From Phoronis australis (lineage: Eukaryota > Animalia > Phoronida): DNA of 64,000 nt. The stretch covers positions 534,062 to 598,061 of the forward strand of contig NMRA01000178.1 in the NCBI GenBank assembly GCA_002633005.1. The letters run 5' to 3'. The position numbers were made by a program, and so were the translations under genes. Below, one piece after another: positions 36,472 through 47,541 of this stretch. Each line of letters begins with the position of its first letter. Position 1 is the stretch's first letter. Below the pieces are notes generated by a model. It made no database searches. It worked only from the letters and a program-made list of their open reading frames with translations, and was not told where the DNA came from.

Positions 36472-39400
36472 CTGAAACCAATTATACATTCATTAGTCTT
36501 TCCATAAATAGTGAAAAGGTCAATTAAAGCACAGAATCACTGTCTGAAAATGTTAATGAAAAGTCGTCAAGATGTTGTATTTACTTTATAATGCACAACA
36601 GACTACTCAGTAACTGATCTTATTACTTTTGTCATTGGAGACCTTCTGCCTTTTGCAACCAAGAAAAACTTGTAAAAGAAGCAGACAACAACAAATAACA
36701 TGTGAAACTCCAGTGGCAGGAAAACAAGACAGCAAATGTACCTGAAGCATGTTTGCAGCATTGTGGTTATATATAGCCCGATTCAAGTGTCATTGAGTAG
36801 TCAGGAACGGACCTATTGCAAAGCTTAATTTGAGGGTTTAACCGTTAAAGCTGTATTTCACTGAGACTTACTTCCACTATGCCTACACACAAACACCCAA
36901 ACACAAAAAGCTAAACAAAAACCACTCCAAGTGCTCATGTGTAGGCCTTTATGTGAGATGCTAAAACGCACCTATATGAAGGACTAAACTGACGCGACTG
37001 AAACTTGAAAGGCAAGTTTTTTAGTCTTGTATAGAGCAGGGCTTGGAATGACCAATGACAAAAAAGCGGAAACTTTTACGGCCCAAATCATGTCCGATAA
37101 CCAGCCTTTGAAATGGTCAATGTGAACCTTTCCGCGACAAAAATTGGGAGGAAAAAAAAAAAAAACGTTACCACCATCAGTAGCATGCGTCTGCGTCCTT
37201 TTCGCTCGCCCGTCCACTCCCAACCCACACAAATTTGGCTGCAGAGCGGTAGTATTTGTCGCCGCGCTTAACAATATCACGAGCCGCCATTGAAAATCAG
37301 ACCACGCTTTACCCAGATGCCCCGGCAATGTTGACAATTTACGTTCCTCCGAAACATAAAGACTTCCGCTTTCCGAGGTGAACGTCATCTGCAACGCCGC
37401 GGTAAGAAAGGAATTTGCCGCGGAAATTTCATATCAAATCTGATTTTTTTACGCGGAAATATTATAAAAAAAGCGGAAAGCACATTTCAAAAAAGCGGAA
37501 ATCCGCGTTTCTGGGGAAAATTCCAAGCCCTGATAGAGAAATCCAATGTTCCTGAAAAAGTTCTCTCTGTGTATTTTTGATTGGCACATGCTGATGTCAG
37601 ACAGCACACAGGGTGAAGTTACAGAAATTCAGACAACGTTTTTGCTTGTACAAGAAAGGAATATGGTAAAATCACCAACTTCAGGCAAGAACAATTATTG
37701 CTAAAATTAGCCTTTTCCATCTTTCCAAGTCAACTCACTATATTGTGAACGTCATCGATTTCTCGAAACATTGTCCACTGACAGCTAACACTTTAGAAAT
37801 TTAAAACACTTATTTGGTGTAACTTAATCTATTATGACCAAAATAAGAAAATCAAAACTACATTGCCTTCCCTCTTGTGGTCAAATTTGATGATACTTTA
37901 CCATATGTTCCCAGACACCAAAGCGAAGAAACGACAGCAGTGTACATTTATTTACCTTGCAACCAGCGTGACTGAGTATGGGTGGGGGAGAGTGCTCAAT
38001 ATCGAGCACTGTAATCTCAAACCACTTCCATGGCACTCTCGCCATGCTCAACATCCACACGTCGTTAAATTGCTGTAAAAGACACAATGTGACATCACTT
38101 ATGACCTTGTGACTCTAACTGAATGGTTCAGTCAGAGGAATAGTAGCCATACGCCAAACACACATATATACATACTCCATATTTGCCCAAGGCTGCACTT
38201 TTGGCCCATATAACGCAACCAAACTAAAAAGACACTCATTGACTTTATGCGAGTATCACTTTGAACAACATTTCTGATAAGCTGTAAAAAGCAAAACTAA
38301 AATTGAGAATGAGATGTTTCTTTTCCAGGTTGCCACCTGCATTTTTTATTGCTAGTGATTAAAAGACCACCTATTGCATGTGTTGTGATTAGGATTTTGA
38401 CAATTTCTAGACTGTGTTTACATGAAGTGCACTGGACCTCAGTGGTGGCAAAGTGGAGGGAGTACTGAAACATTCGGGTGTAATCAACAGATCTGAGTCG
38501 TGGCATGTGAAGCCATTGCTTTAATTGGTAACAATCCGATATAACGTGCCCGATTTTTGAGAACCAGTTTTCTCCACTGAATAACGGACATCAAACTGGT
38601 TCTCAAAATACGGGCATGTTATATCAGACTATTGCCATTACTTCTACATAATACTCTTGGACAGACAGCAACACACCCATCTAAAGTTCATTGAATTTTT
38701 AATCACGAATTTGTGTTTTATCCACAAATACAAACACTTAAACTTCTTCAGTGCTCATCAGAATGAGCACGGAAGAAGCCGCAGGAAGTTTTGGACGTGA
38801 ACTCTACTCACACTGTTAGGACCACCAGAGCCACCCAGCACAAGAATATGTTTGTCGTCAATGACCACCTGAAAGAAAAATAAAATGAAAGGTTACGCGA
38901 GGTGACCCAAAATTGTCCTCACCCTTCAGTACACAGTGGGAGTGACCGTTCAGTTCCCAGGCCTTCTGTATGGTTACATCTTGCTGTGAAAATAGGCATT
39001 TAAGTCATCATATTTTCTGTATGAACGGAAACGACAAATGACTCGGCTTCATTTGGAGAATTAAAATTTATCACAAAATGCTGCAGCAAACTCTAAAGCA
39101 CCAAAGAAGTTTTGTTTTAAAGATTTTATTCTTTCACTGACCATCTCTTCATGAATTTAAACCAGTAATATTGTTCCTAAGTCACTAAACAACGCAGTTA
39201 TTGTGATTTGAAATATGAGAATATTTTTGGGCCACCTTGTACATCAGGGTATAATTGGGCTAGTTACCATAATATTTTTCATGAGTCTTGACACAGACCA
39301 GAACCAAATATGCACTTCAGAAACAATAGTTTTCAGAATAACATAAACAGACTTCTGTACAACTCTTCCACGATTGGATTAACATTTTCCTAGAATTATT

Positions 39401-42400
39401 TGGCTATTCAGTCGAACTTTTGTAGCAATAAAATAGCGTTTTTTTGTCAAACATTTGAGGGAGTTTAATACTACCTTATTGACTTGAGCAGCACATTGTC
39501 GTGATTTCGACAAGGCGGATAGACAACACCGTCATGGTTTTGTGAAGATTTAGCCAGCATTGAGTAAGATTTCACTTGAAACTCAAAGGATACTTAGTCA
39601 CAGTTTTGTGCGCAAAAACTTTGTCCAATGTTTTGAAAACTACTGTTATGCCCAAACACTTTCACTGGTAATCACTACTTGTACTTGACAACTACTGAAG
39701 GTTGACTGTATTCATAAAACGCTAGTGAGATCTGGAGTTTAACTACTAACCTTACATCATTAAATTCCCACAACAGAAAGCACCCCCAGATGCATATCAG
39801 AAGTATATTCATCCGTACAGTTTACCTGAGTGTGGCCATATCTGGGTCGAGGTTTAGGCCCCTTGGTCTCCACTTGCCTCCAGTTCATGTTAATTAAGTC
39901 TAGCAACCACAACTCATTACAGCTGGAAATATAGAGAACAAATAGAATGACACAATAAACATTGTTGAGTAGGACAAAACTAAGAAAATTCCACTTTAGA
40001 CAGAAAACAAGAACTAAAAAACTAAAAACCGAAAGTGTGTGCAACTCTCGACTCCATAAAAGGTCTTTACTGTATCTCTCTATACCAATTAATGCAACTT
40101 CTTGGCTTGTAAATACGATCCACAATAAAATGCATGTTTGCACTATTTTCAATCTACAAATTTTCAAAACAATTCTTTTAACACTTTACATTTGTCAATA
40201 CAACAAAATTTTCAAGTTCAAAACAACAGTTAAATAAAATAAAGCTCAGTGGTTCTTAAGTTAGGAAAACCAAGTACCAAAGCTGCATTTGGAAAGTCTG
40301 GTTTCTTGCTAGTGTAGTGAGGCCATGGAAGATCATGCTAGTGAAAGGCAAGACCTCACTAGGTTTCATAAGCAACAATCACGTCGTCTCATACAACATG
40401 TGACACAGTACCTGGTACCAAGACCATGCGACCCTCCAAACACAATCATGTTGTCCCCAATGACACTGGCTGAGTGCCCTGCCGTAGGGGGAGGGCTGGT
40501 GTCCGTCGTGACCTGAAGCCACCTGTCATCTGAATACACATGCAGCTGGTTGAAGAAGTGAGCTGCCTGTAATGGAAATACAAATACTAAGTGACACAAG
40601 CATTTACAGTGACATTCAGTCTACAACAAAATGCGTAACATCGATTCTGCAACACCTCAAATAAAGTCAAGTGATTGGTAGTCATTCTGTCTTAAATTAA
40701 AATCTAATCTTCGCCCTAAACCTTCCCGCAGTGCCTCCCACCAAAGACTTAGCAGGTGTTCGTGGACTGTCGCTGCTGTAAACGCAACCATGGGTCTCAT
40801 CGGTGGACACATGATCGCGCAAGTTGCTGCTTGGCTGCCAGTACAAGAACTCGGTGAAAAACCGAATGTCACCATTACTTTAAACAGGGAAGCTCGGGAA
40901 TGGCCTCCTGGAGTAGCCCAAGCATTGTGCCGTCAGCAATGGCATGATCTTGGTGGTATTAATGCCATCATTGTAGCAACTGATGGATCCTTCGATGGTG
41001 AAACAAATCCTGTGGGATGGGGTTATCAAATACGCTGTGCTAACAACGTCATTGCGGAAGGTAGTGGCTGCCACCATGTATACACAAGCAGTACGCGGAT
41101 GGAGTTTGAGGCTATACAACGTGCCCTAACCAAGCTGTCACTCCTAGACCTGGAGAATCACACCATTATCTTTGCCACCGATTCCATGGCAGTGTTGATG
41201 AAAGTTCAATCTGGAAACCTCCCAGCCAACTGGGGTGTCTTCCGATCACGCCACCCTCATCATACAGTGATCTGGTCTTTCGTACCTGGCCACGACGGTG
41301 TCTTGATTAATGAGCGTGCAGATTACCTCGCTGGCTCATGCACCACCAACCAACCCCTTTACTTATACTAAGCTGATGTTAAGCTGCTGGCCCACAAATG
41401 CACCCTCGAGTAGACTTCGTCCCAACTGGCTGAGTTCAATGATTGTAGCCGACTGCTCCAAGCTGGCATTATTTATGGCCATGCTGCTAAAAGTCAGAAG
41501 AGCCATGCCTGAGTGTTGTCAAATCAGATGTTTACAGGCAACGTCAGCCCTGGAGTTCTGCGCCTTCTGCTGTCACGGGGATGGTCTGGGGAGAGGATTA
41601 ATACAGCAGCACATTGCCAATGATCCTGTCCGTGACAGGTATAATACAGGTATTATTAAAATCTAATTGGCGGATTGTAATGTTAGCATTCTAACTAAAA
41701 ATCTTTCATAATCCCCACTGACCTGACAAGTATGATCAGCGTAATAATGTCAATACCTGGTGTAGAGGATAGGGCGTGGGATGACTCCATCCACCAAACA
41801 AAACCAGTGTATTGTTGTAGACGACCATACTGGCACACGCCTTAGGAGATGGATAGGAACCTGCAACGATCAAAGCAGTAGTCAGTCCAGTGCAACCACC
41901 AACTACGTCCCACTCACACACTTAGTCCTCAACAAGTTGTAAACAAAGTCTTATCCAAGACATCGGTCAGTTACACCCACGTTTACTTATTCTCCAAACA
42001 TGAAAGGTAGAACATGAAGCTCTTCTGAAACATTCAAACTGAATGGACAAAGGGAGACGGAAACTTATAAAAACAGATAAAAAACAAGAGAGTTCCTTCT
42101 GTTTATCTAAAGGACTGGGTGCAGGAGTTAGAATTATATTGCGGAACTTTGTCAGAGTTCAGTGAAGATATGACGCACTACATCCAGGGATAAAACATCA
42201 ATTCCAATCCCACAAGCATAATGAGGTTTTTATTCCAGGAGTTCATGTAAGTTGGAAGCAAACCCAGGAATTTGAACTATATTTACCATTCTGAAACTAA
42301 CTTAAACAAACAGATTTTAATTATCATTTCCGTGTTTCTCGTTTTAAAATCTACAAACAGTAGGAATGACACAGGCATTTTGCTCATTGTCTTGACCACT

Positions 42401-44693
42401 GAATACATGACAAATTAAAAATATAGTGCATTGGTATCCCTAGAGTCCCATTCAGACACTTGTTAACTCCAATACAAAGGATGCCTCTCTCATCCTTGCA
42501 AGTCTGTTAAATTTCTCTCTAAGTTTACTTCAGATATCCAGAAATAAGATTGCTTTGCTGAACAATATGGATGCCTCCTTACAATCAACTAAGTTATTCA
42601 AATATTACCTAAAGGCATTTGCCTAGTCCATAGTCTGCTAGCTAGATCAAATCTCCATAGGTCATTAAAGGCAGTGCTTGTCGGTGTACATCCACCGAAC
42701 ACATACATGGACTTATCCATATAGCAAGCAGAGTGGAAGTAACGCTCTGTGATTCTCGGCCCAGACTCAGGTGGGGTGTACTCCCAGTACACTCGACGAT
42801 CTTTGATGGACTGGTAAAAACATTGTTTTTTCTTCTGGACAACGCCTGTAAAATGAACGTAAACATGAACATGAACGTGAACAGGTCTTCATAATGCAAG
42901 TGGTCACTTCTGCTAGCATGTGTTGACTCTCATGTGATATGTTTAATATGTTGATTGTGTAATAACTAAGTTATCGCGTTAGAATGAACACTTTAAAAAT
43001 AAGTACCAAAAATGCCAATCACCATCACATCATCCTCAGTACATTAAAAGCTAGCTTATAACACAGCCTGCAATATCTTCATGTTAAACACGGTTAAACC
43101 AACAGCATGACATAATCACATTGTACAGCTAGTGTTGTGAATCTGCAACGTACTTTGAGAATGGAAGTGATGTCAGAGACATGGTAACTGTGTGCTGAAT
43201 TGACTCAGCATTTGGGACAATGGCTCTAGGGCTCAATTGATTAACTGCTTGTAATTATGTGACCACATGCATGAGGATTCAAATCCTCCTCTGGCCACGG
43301 CAATGTTTCGAATTTTGGACTGGATGGAAGGAAAATCTTCTGCCCCTAATTTACAGGGCCTCATGGTCCCATTTATTTTCGCATCATGGCAATCGCTTAG
43401 CTGACCTGGAAACCTCGAAGTCCAAATCCATAGCATCGTGTTTTCTCGATATGTGGATTCAAGTACAAGATATTAAAGCCACCTGGCAGCAGCCATTTTC
43501 TAGTTGTCTGTCAGTCTGTATCATGAAAAACCCATTCACAGTGACCTCTGTGATCAGTATTTGACATGTGCTCCACGAAACCACCAGATCCCGGTAGTGT
43601 ACCAAATGAGATAATTCTCCAATTGGGTCCCCGAGACCCCCCCCCCCTCCCGGGTGCGCGCATGCTGAGACAACAACACTATACAACACTGCAACAGTTA
43701 ACACCGACAACACCGTCAGTCGCACAGCATCTGACGNCCAACAGCATGACAAAATCACATTGTACAGCTGGTGTTGTGAATCTGCAACGTACTTTGAGAA
43801 TGGAAGTGATGTCAGAGACATGGTAACTGTGTGCTGAATTGACTCAGCCTTTGGGACAATGGCTCTGGGGCTCAATTGATTAACCGCTTGTAATTACATG
43901 TGACCACATGCATGTGGATTCAAATCCTGCTCTGGCCACGGCAATGTTTCGAATTTTGGACTGGATGGAAGGAAAATCTTCTGCCCCTAATTTACAGGGC
44001 CTCATGGTCCCATTTATTTTCGCATCATGGCAATCGCTTAGCTGACCTGGAAACCTCGAAGTCCAAATCCATAGCACAGCCAGGTTTTCACCTCTAGGAG
44101 TAATAGTCAAATAGGTGCATTGGTTCCACCATAGCTCCAAAATTACTCATCAAAAATTAACAAAAGATACCTCAATCGATTCGTCTATCATTCATCTCCA
44201 TCCAGGAGAAGACAGGTTTCTGGCATGACATCGTGTTTTCTCGATATGTGGATTCAAGTACAAGATATTAAAACCACCTGGCAGCAGCCATTTTCTAGTT
44301 GTCTGTATCATGAAAAACCCATTCACAGTGACCTCTGTGATCAGTATTTGACATGTGCTCCACGAAACCACCAGATTCCTGTAGTGTACCAAATGAGATA
44401 ATTCTCCAATTGGGTCCCCAAGCCTCCCCCCCCCCTCCCGGGTGCGCGCATGCTGAGACAACAACACTATACAACACTGCAACAGTTAACACCGACAACA
44501 CCGTCAGTCGCACAGCATCTGACGAACCTCGCACAATTCTGCACCACAATCTGTTGACTTGCATAGCACATTTTAAATCTCCATAGGCAGAAATAGAATA
44601 GAGAATACATTCGAGCAATTCTTCTGGAAGGTCAGATATCAGGAGACGTGAGACTCCGCTGTCGTCTTCTTCCTCAGATTTCATCTCGAACAT
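35710..44693 (-). CDS. FBXO42: F-box only protein 42 (F-box plus Kelch repeats), ~564 aa
   Basis: Exons 44693-44528, 42845-42609, 41860-41757, 40566-40412, 39922-39826, 38868-38812, 38072-37956, 36471-35710; in frame (1695 nt). F-box [13 protein letters not shown]...VNRLW; Kelch motifs [54 protein letters not shown]; C-terminal [25 protein letters not shown] characteristic of FBXO42. Confidence 0.95.
37037..37532. mobile_element. hAT6-like non-autonomous element with perfect 6-bp TSD
   Basis: TIRs CAGGGCTTGGAAT / ATTCCAAGCCCTG flanked by ATAGAG on both sides; CpG-rich interior with gcggaaa subterminal repeats. Confidence 0.85.
37956..38072 (-). CDS. FBXO42: FBXO42 exon 7
   Basis: QFNDVWML...HAGCK|gtaaat. 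Confidence 0.9.
38525..38637. repeat. Foldback inverted repeat (~45-bp arms, ~22-nt loop) in FBXO42 intron 6
   Basis: tggtaacaatccgatataacgtgcccgatttttgagaaccagttt / aaactggttctcaaaatacgggcatgttatatcagactattgcca. Confidence 0.85.
38812..38868 (-). CDS. FBXO42: FBXO42 exon 6
   Basis: [19 protein letters not shown]|gtgagt. Confidence 0.9.
39826..39922 (-). CDS. FBXO42: FBXO42 exon 5
   Basis: CNELWLLDL...PRPRYGHTQ. Confidence 0.92.
40412..40566 (-). CDS. FBXO42: FBXO42 exon 4
   Basis: [11 protein letters not shown]...[17 protein letters not shown]. Confidence 0.92.
40709..41654 (+). mobile_element. 5'-truncated non-LTR retrotransposon carrying an RNase HI domain, antisense in FBXO42 intron 3
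   Basis: Perfect 13-bp TSD ATTAAAATCTAAT (40696-40708 and 41655-41667); ORF 40790-41371 with ATDGS, MEFEAI, ATDS, VPGH and NERAD motifs; 3' end acaggtataat-acaggtatt. Confidence 0.88.
41757..41860 (-). CDS. FBXO42: FBXO42 exon 3
   Basis: GSYPSPKA...YPLHQ|gtattg. Confidence 0.92.
42609..42845 (-). CDS. FBXO42: FBXO42 exon 2
   Basis: Kelch repeat; 237 nt, phase 1-1. Confidence 0.92.
43099..44524. repeat. Tandem pair (43099-43736 / 43738-44524) joined by a single N; probable haplotype artefact
   Basis: N at 43737; copy 1 lacks ~155 bp present at ~44077-44231 of copy 2. Confidence 0.8.
43861..43938 (+). mobile_element. Degenerate tRNA-like head, possibly of a SINE (duplicate copy at ~43222-43298)
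   Basis: A-box-like ggggctcaattga and B-box-like ggattcaaatcc at tRNA-like spacing, ending in ggcca; no intact cloverleaf. Confidence 0.35.
44528..44693 (-). CDS. FBXO42: FBXO42 exon 1 (F-box)
   Basis: [10 protein letters not shown]...RLWCRIVR G|gttcgt. Confidence 0.88.
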
Positions 44694-44924
44694 CGAAGAA
44701 GACTACTTCTTTGCATTTCCGTCTGGATACACAACAAAGCAATTAAGGTGTTTGACTTTCATCTTCAATAAATTAGAATGAGCAAATAAAATAGTTTTTC
44801 AATATCTATAAACTTTTTCAAGTATTAAAATTGCTTTTTGTACAAGTTGAAAGTTTAATTAATGATATTTTAGAATCATAATGAGAAAGTACAAAATCAG
44901 GTTTTTTCTTAGTAATGTGCTCTG

Positions 44925-44940
44925 TGCTGCCATCTAGTGG
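44925..44940 (-). promoter_or_regulatory. CTCF-type motif in the putative FBXO42/CCDC115 bidirectional promoter
   Basis: Minus strand reads CCACTAGATGGCAGCA, matching the CTCF core CCACYAGRKGGCRSY. Confidence 0.6.
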
Positions 44941-44949
44941 ATGAAAAGA

Positions 44950-45061
44950 AGTTTGTTCTGCTTCCCTTATCGTCTTCTGTTGTTTGTGAGGTTTTCGTCA
45001 GCCTGTTTACGAATAGTTTGCGAACTTGCTTGATTAGGACCTTTATCAAGACATACAACAG
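44950..45061 (+). other. CCDC115: Putative non-coding first exon of CCDC115 (start approximate)
   Basis: Strong donor ACAG|gtgagt at 45062; acceptor ttacaatttcag at ~46891, just upstream of the ATG. Confidence 0.5.
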
Positions 45062-45540
45062 GTGAGTCAAGGAATTTGTCGTAATGTTTCTGTGTGTCTT
45101 ACAGTACAGCATCTAATACTCACGGGCAGTGACACTCATCAGGACCACTGCCCACTGGCACTGGTGATGATAGTGATCACAATCACATCATTTGCCTCTG
45201 GTTCTTCTCTAGCTCTGCTCTACTACTCTAGTCTCTAGCCTATGCTATCACCCATGGGGTCTTATTTCTAACTCTTAGAAGAACATACCTCTAGTATAAA
45301 GCACAGGCGTCCTCAGCTTTTCATCATCCCCACTACACTATGGAGACGACATGCTGAGGACGTCTGGCGATGGTCATTGCCTAGTGGCAGTGCCTGTACT
45401 CTGTAGTTGTAGTGTGGTCTGGTATATTAAAGTATAAGTAAAAAGGGGAGCTGCACAAGCCATTATTTATAAATGCACCGGAAGTCTGGCGAGGTTCGAA
45501 ATCTCTCCACAAAAATCAATGTGACACATGATTACCTGCT

Positions 45541-46023
45541 CAAGGGGGGGAGGTCAACAATAGGTTGGACTTCAAAAACCACTTTCCCGCACTTCAAAAC
45601 CAGTTGGCTGGACTGCAAAACCAAATCACAGATGTTTGTACTTGGTGGTCAGATGTCAAAATGGGTTGGCCAGTACCTCAAAACCAGATGTCCGCTCCTA
45701 GAAGTAGAAAGCTGATTGGCGGGACCTAAAATGGGTTGGACGGTCCTCAAACACAATGGCCAATCAATTTGTCAATTTTGAATTAAACAACCCAACAGCC
45801 AGGTACGAAAAATAAACACTAAATGTCACTTGAATGCTTTGAGACTTTCGAAGTCCTGACCATCGTGTTTGGTACAGCCAACTAGTTTTTTGGGTGAGGC
45901 CATCACATTTTGAAATACGGACAACACATTTGATCACCGGCCATTTGATTTTGCAGTCCAGCTGACTGGTTTTGAAGCCTGGGCAAGTGGTTTTGAAGTC
46001 TCACCAATTGTTCATCCCCTTTG
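45541..46023. mobile_element. MITE with long (~90-bp) imperfect TIRs
   Basis: aacaataggttggacttcaaaaccactttccc...ggactgcaaaaccaaat mirrored by atttgattttgcagtcc...gggcaagtggttttgaagtctcaccaattgtt. Confidence 0.75.
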
Positions 46024-46270
46024 CGGCTGCGTGATCTTCGATCTTGGGTCAGACATAATGACCCCGATCGAAGGTCAAGCAGTTAATCACAACAATCGAC
46101 ACACCCATCACGTAGTTGCAAGATTGTGAACCTTGACATACTTCCGGCACGTCTATTCCAGACTTTCGGCTCATCTACTTGTATATTCCTGTGTGATGAC
46201 ACAGCACTATTCTCTTCTTTACTTAGGTTGTTTATACTAGAGGTATGTTCTAACAGATTGAAATAAACTC

Positions 46271-46335
46271 CCACACTATCGCCAGTCCACACTATCGCCA
46301 GTCCACACTATCGCCAGTCCACACTATCGCCAGTC
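46271..46335. repeat. 16-bp tandem repeat, 4 copies (CCACACTATCGCCAGT)
   Basis: Direct reading; perfect copies. Confidence 0.95.
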
Positions 46336-46908
46336 TTGAGTGGTGGCACATCTTAAATCCATCCTGTACGCCAGAAAATTTTCTGTAACGTATGTTACAT
46401 TACTATGTGTACTTTTTAGTGTAGATGGACACCTTTGGATTGGGATTTTGGGAGCATATGTAGTTTTTAAACTCCTTCCAGCTCTAACAAATTCTCTTGC
46501 AATCAAATTTTCTGAATAATCCGTTCTCTGAACTCTATGTCAATGTGGTTGAGGTGAGACGTTCAAATTTTCTTTTTTAATAACTTCAATAGAATTCCAC
46601 AATATGTCTCATATTAAAAAATCCAATTGGTCAAATCTGTTTCTTGTTTCTGCTGATAAGAGAGGCCTAAAATTTATTTTTTTTGAATTTTTTGAAATTG
46701 TCCATGGTTACCAACACTTCAACAATATTGTCTCACAAAATGTCTAAAATTTCTCTGAAAATTACAAAAAAATATTTATTGAACCGTTTCCTCCAGTGCA
46801 CACAAAATACTGTGGAATCAACATAAAACAAAATTTCTGTTTCACTGGGATGTGATAATTAAAACTGTTTGTTGTTCTATTACAATTTCAGAGTTTCAGT
46901 TAACAGAG

Positions 46909-47541
46909 ATGGACACCCCATGCCAAGACCAGCAGTACTCCGATGTTTGCCTAGCCCTGGATGAAATCACTTTGGAAGTGTTCAAAATTCTGGAACAAAT
47001 TTCTGACTGCCGACGCAAACTTGAAGACAATTTAGGTCATGGATTTTTACAGATGTCTAGAGCTCGGTACTCGATGGGTATAAAAGCAATTGGTGCTCAT
47101 ACTATCCCAGAAGAGGGCATCACGCCACTAATCAACATTTCAGTGTGCCCCGAAACTGAGAATTTCAGTGTTTGTTTGAACTCTCGTTCTCAGGGTGAAG
47201 AGAATAGTACAGATACCACATTAAGAAAAAGAGTCGTGGAAAGCAAACATGAGGAGAGTGATCATTATGAAGATGTGTTGGCAGACACATTGAAAAACAC
47301 AAACATTGGTGAAGACAGCAAGGAAAAACAAGACAAAGTAAATGATCCATTGAAGTGGTTTGGTGTTCTTGTGCCACAAAGTTTACGTCAGAGTCAGGCG
47401 TCCTTTAAGCAGAGCTTGCCACTCCTGTGTGAGTTAGCCAACCTTCAAAATATGTTGGAACAGAAGAGGGGTAAATTTAATGAACTTATGGAAAAGAAAA
47501 GCGAATTTAGCCCAACCACCAAAAAACTAGAGACAGTGTAG
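46909..47541 (+). CDS. CCDC115: Coiled-coil domain-containing protein 115 / V-ATPase assembly factor Vma22 (210 aa, intronless CDS)
   Basis: GFLQMSRARYSMG and DPLKWFGVLVPQSLRQSQASF motifs typical of CCDC115/Vma22; coiled-coil ends. Confidence 0.93.
   Translation: MDTPCQDQQYSDVCLALDEITLEVFKILEQISDCRRKLEDNLGHGFLQMSRARYSMGIKAIGAHTIPEEGITPLINISVCPETENFSVCLNSRSQGEENSTDTTLRKRVVESKHEESDHYEDVLADTLKNTNIGEDSKEKQDKVNDPLKWFGVLVPQSLRQSQASFKQSLPLLCELANLQNMLEQKRGKFNELMEKKSEFSPTTKKLETV

Noticed and set aside
40790-41371. Host RNASEH1 gene or bacterial horizontal transfer
   Set aside because: The TSD, 5' truncation, missing hybrid-binding domain and downstream stops indicate retrotransposon origin
43233-44482. 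Paired ORFs ([11 protein letters not shown]..., MCSTKPPD...) suggesting a duplicated gene
   Set aside because: Intronic sequence duplicated at an N-join; no protein-like features
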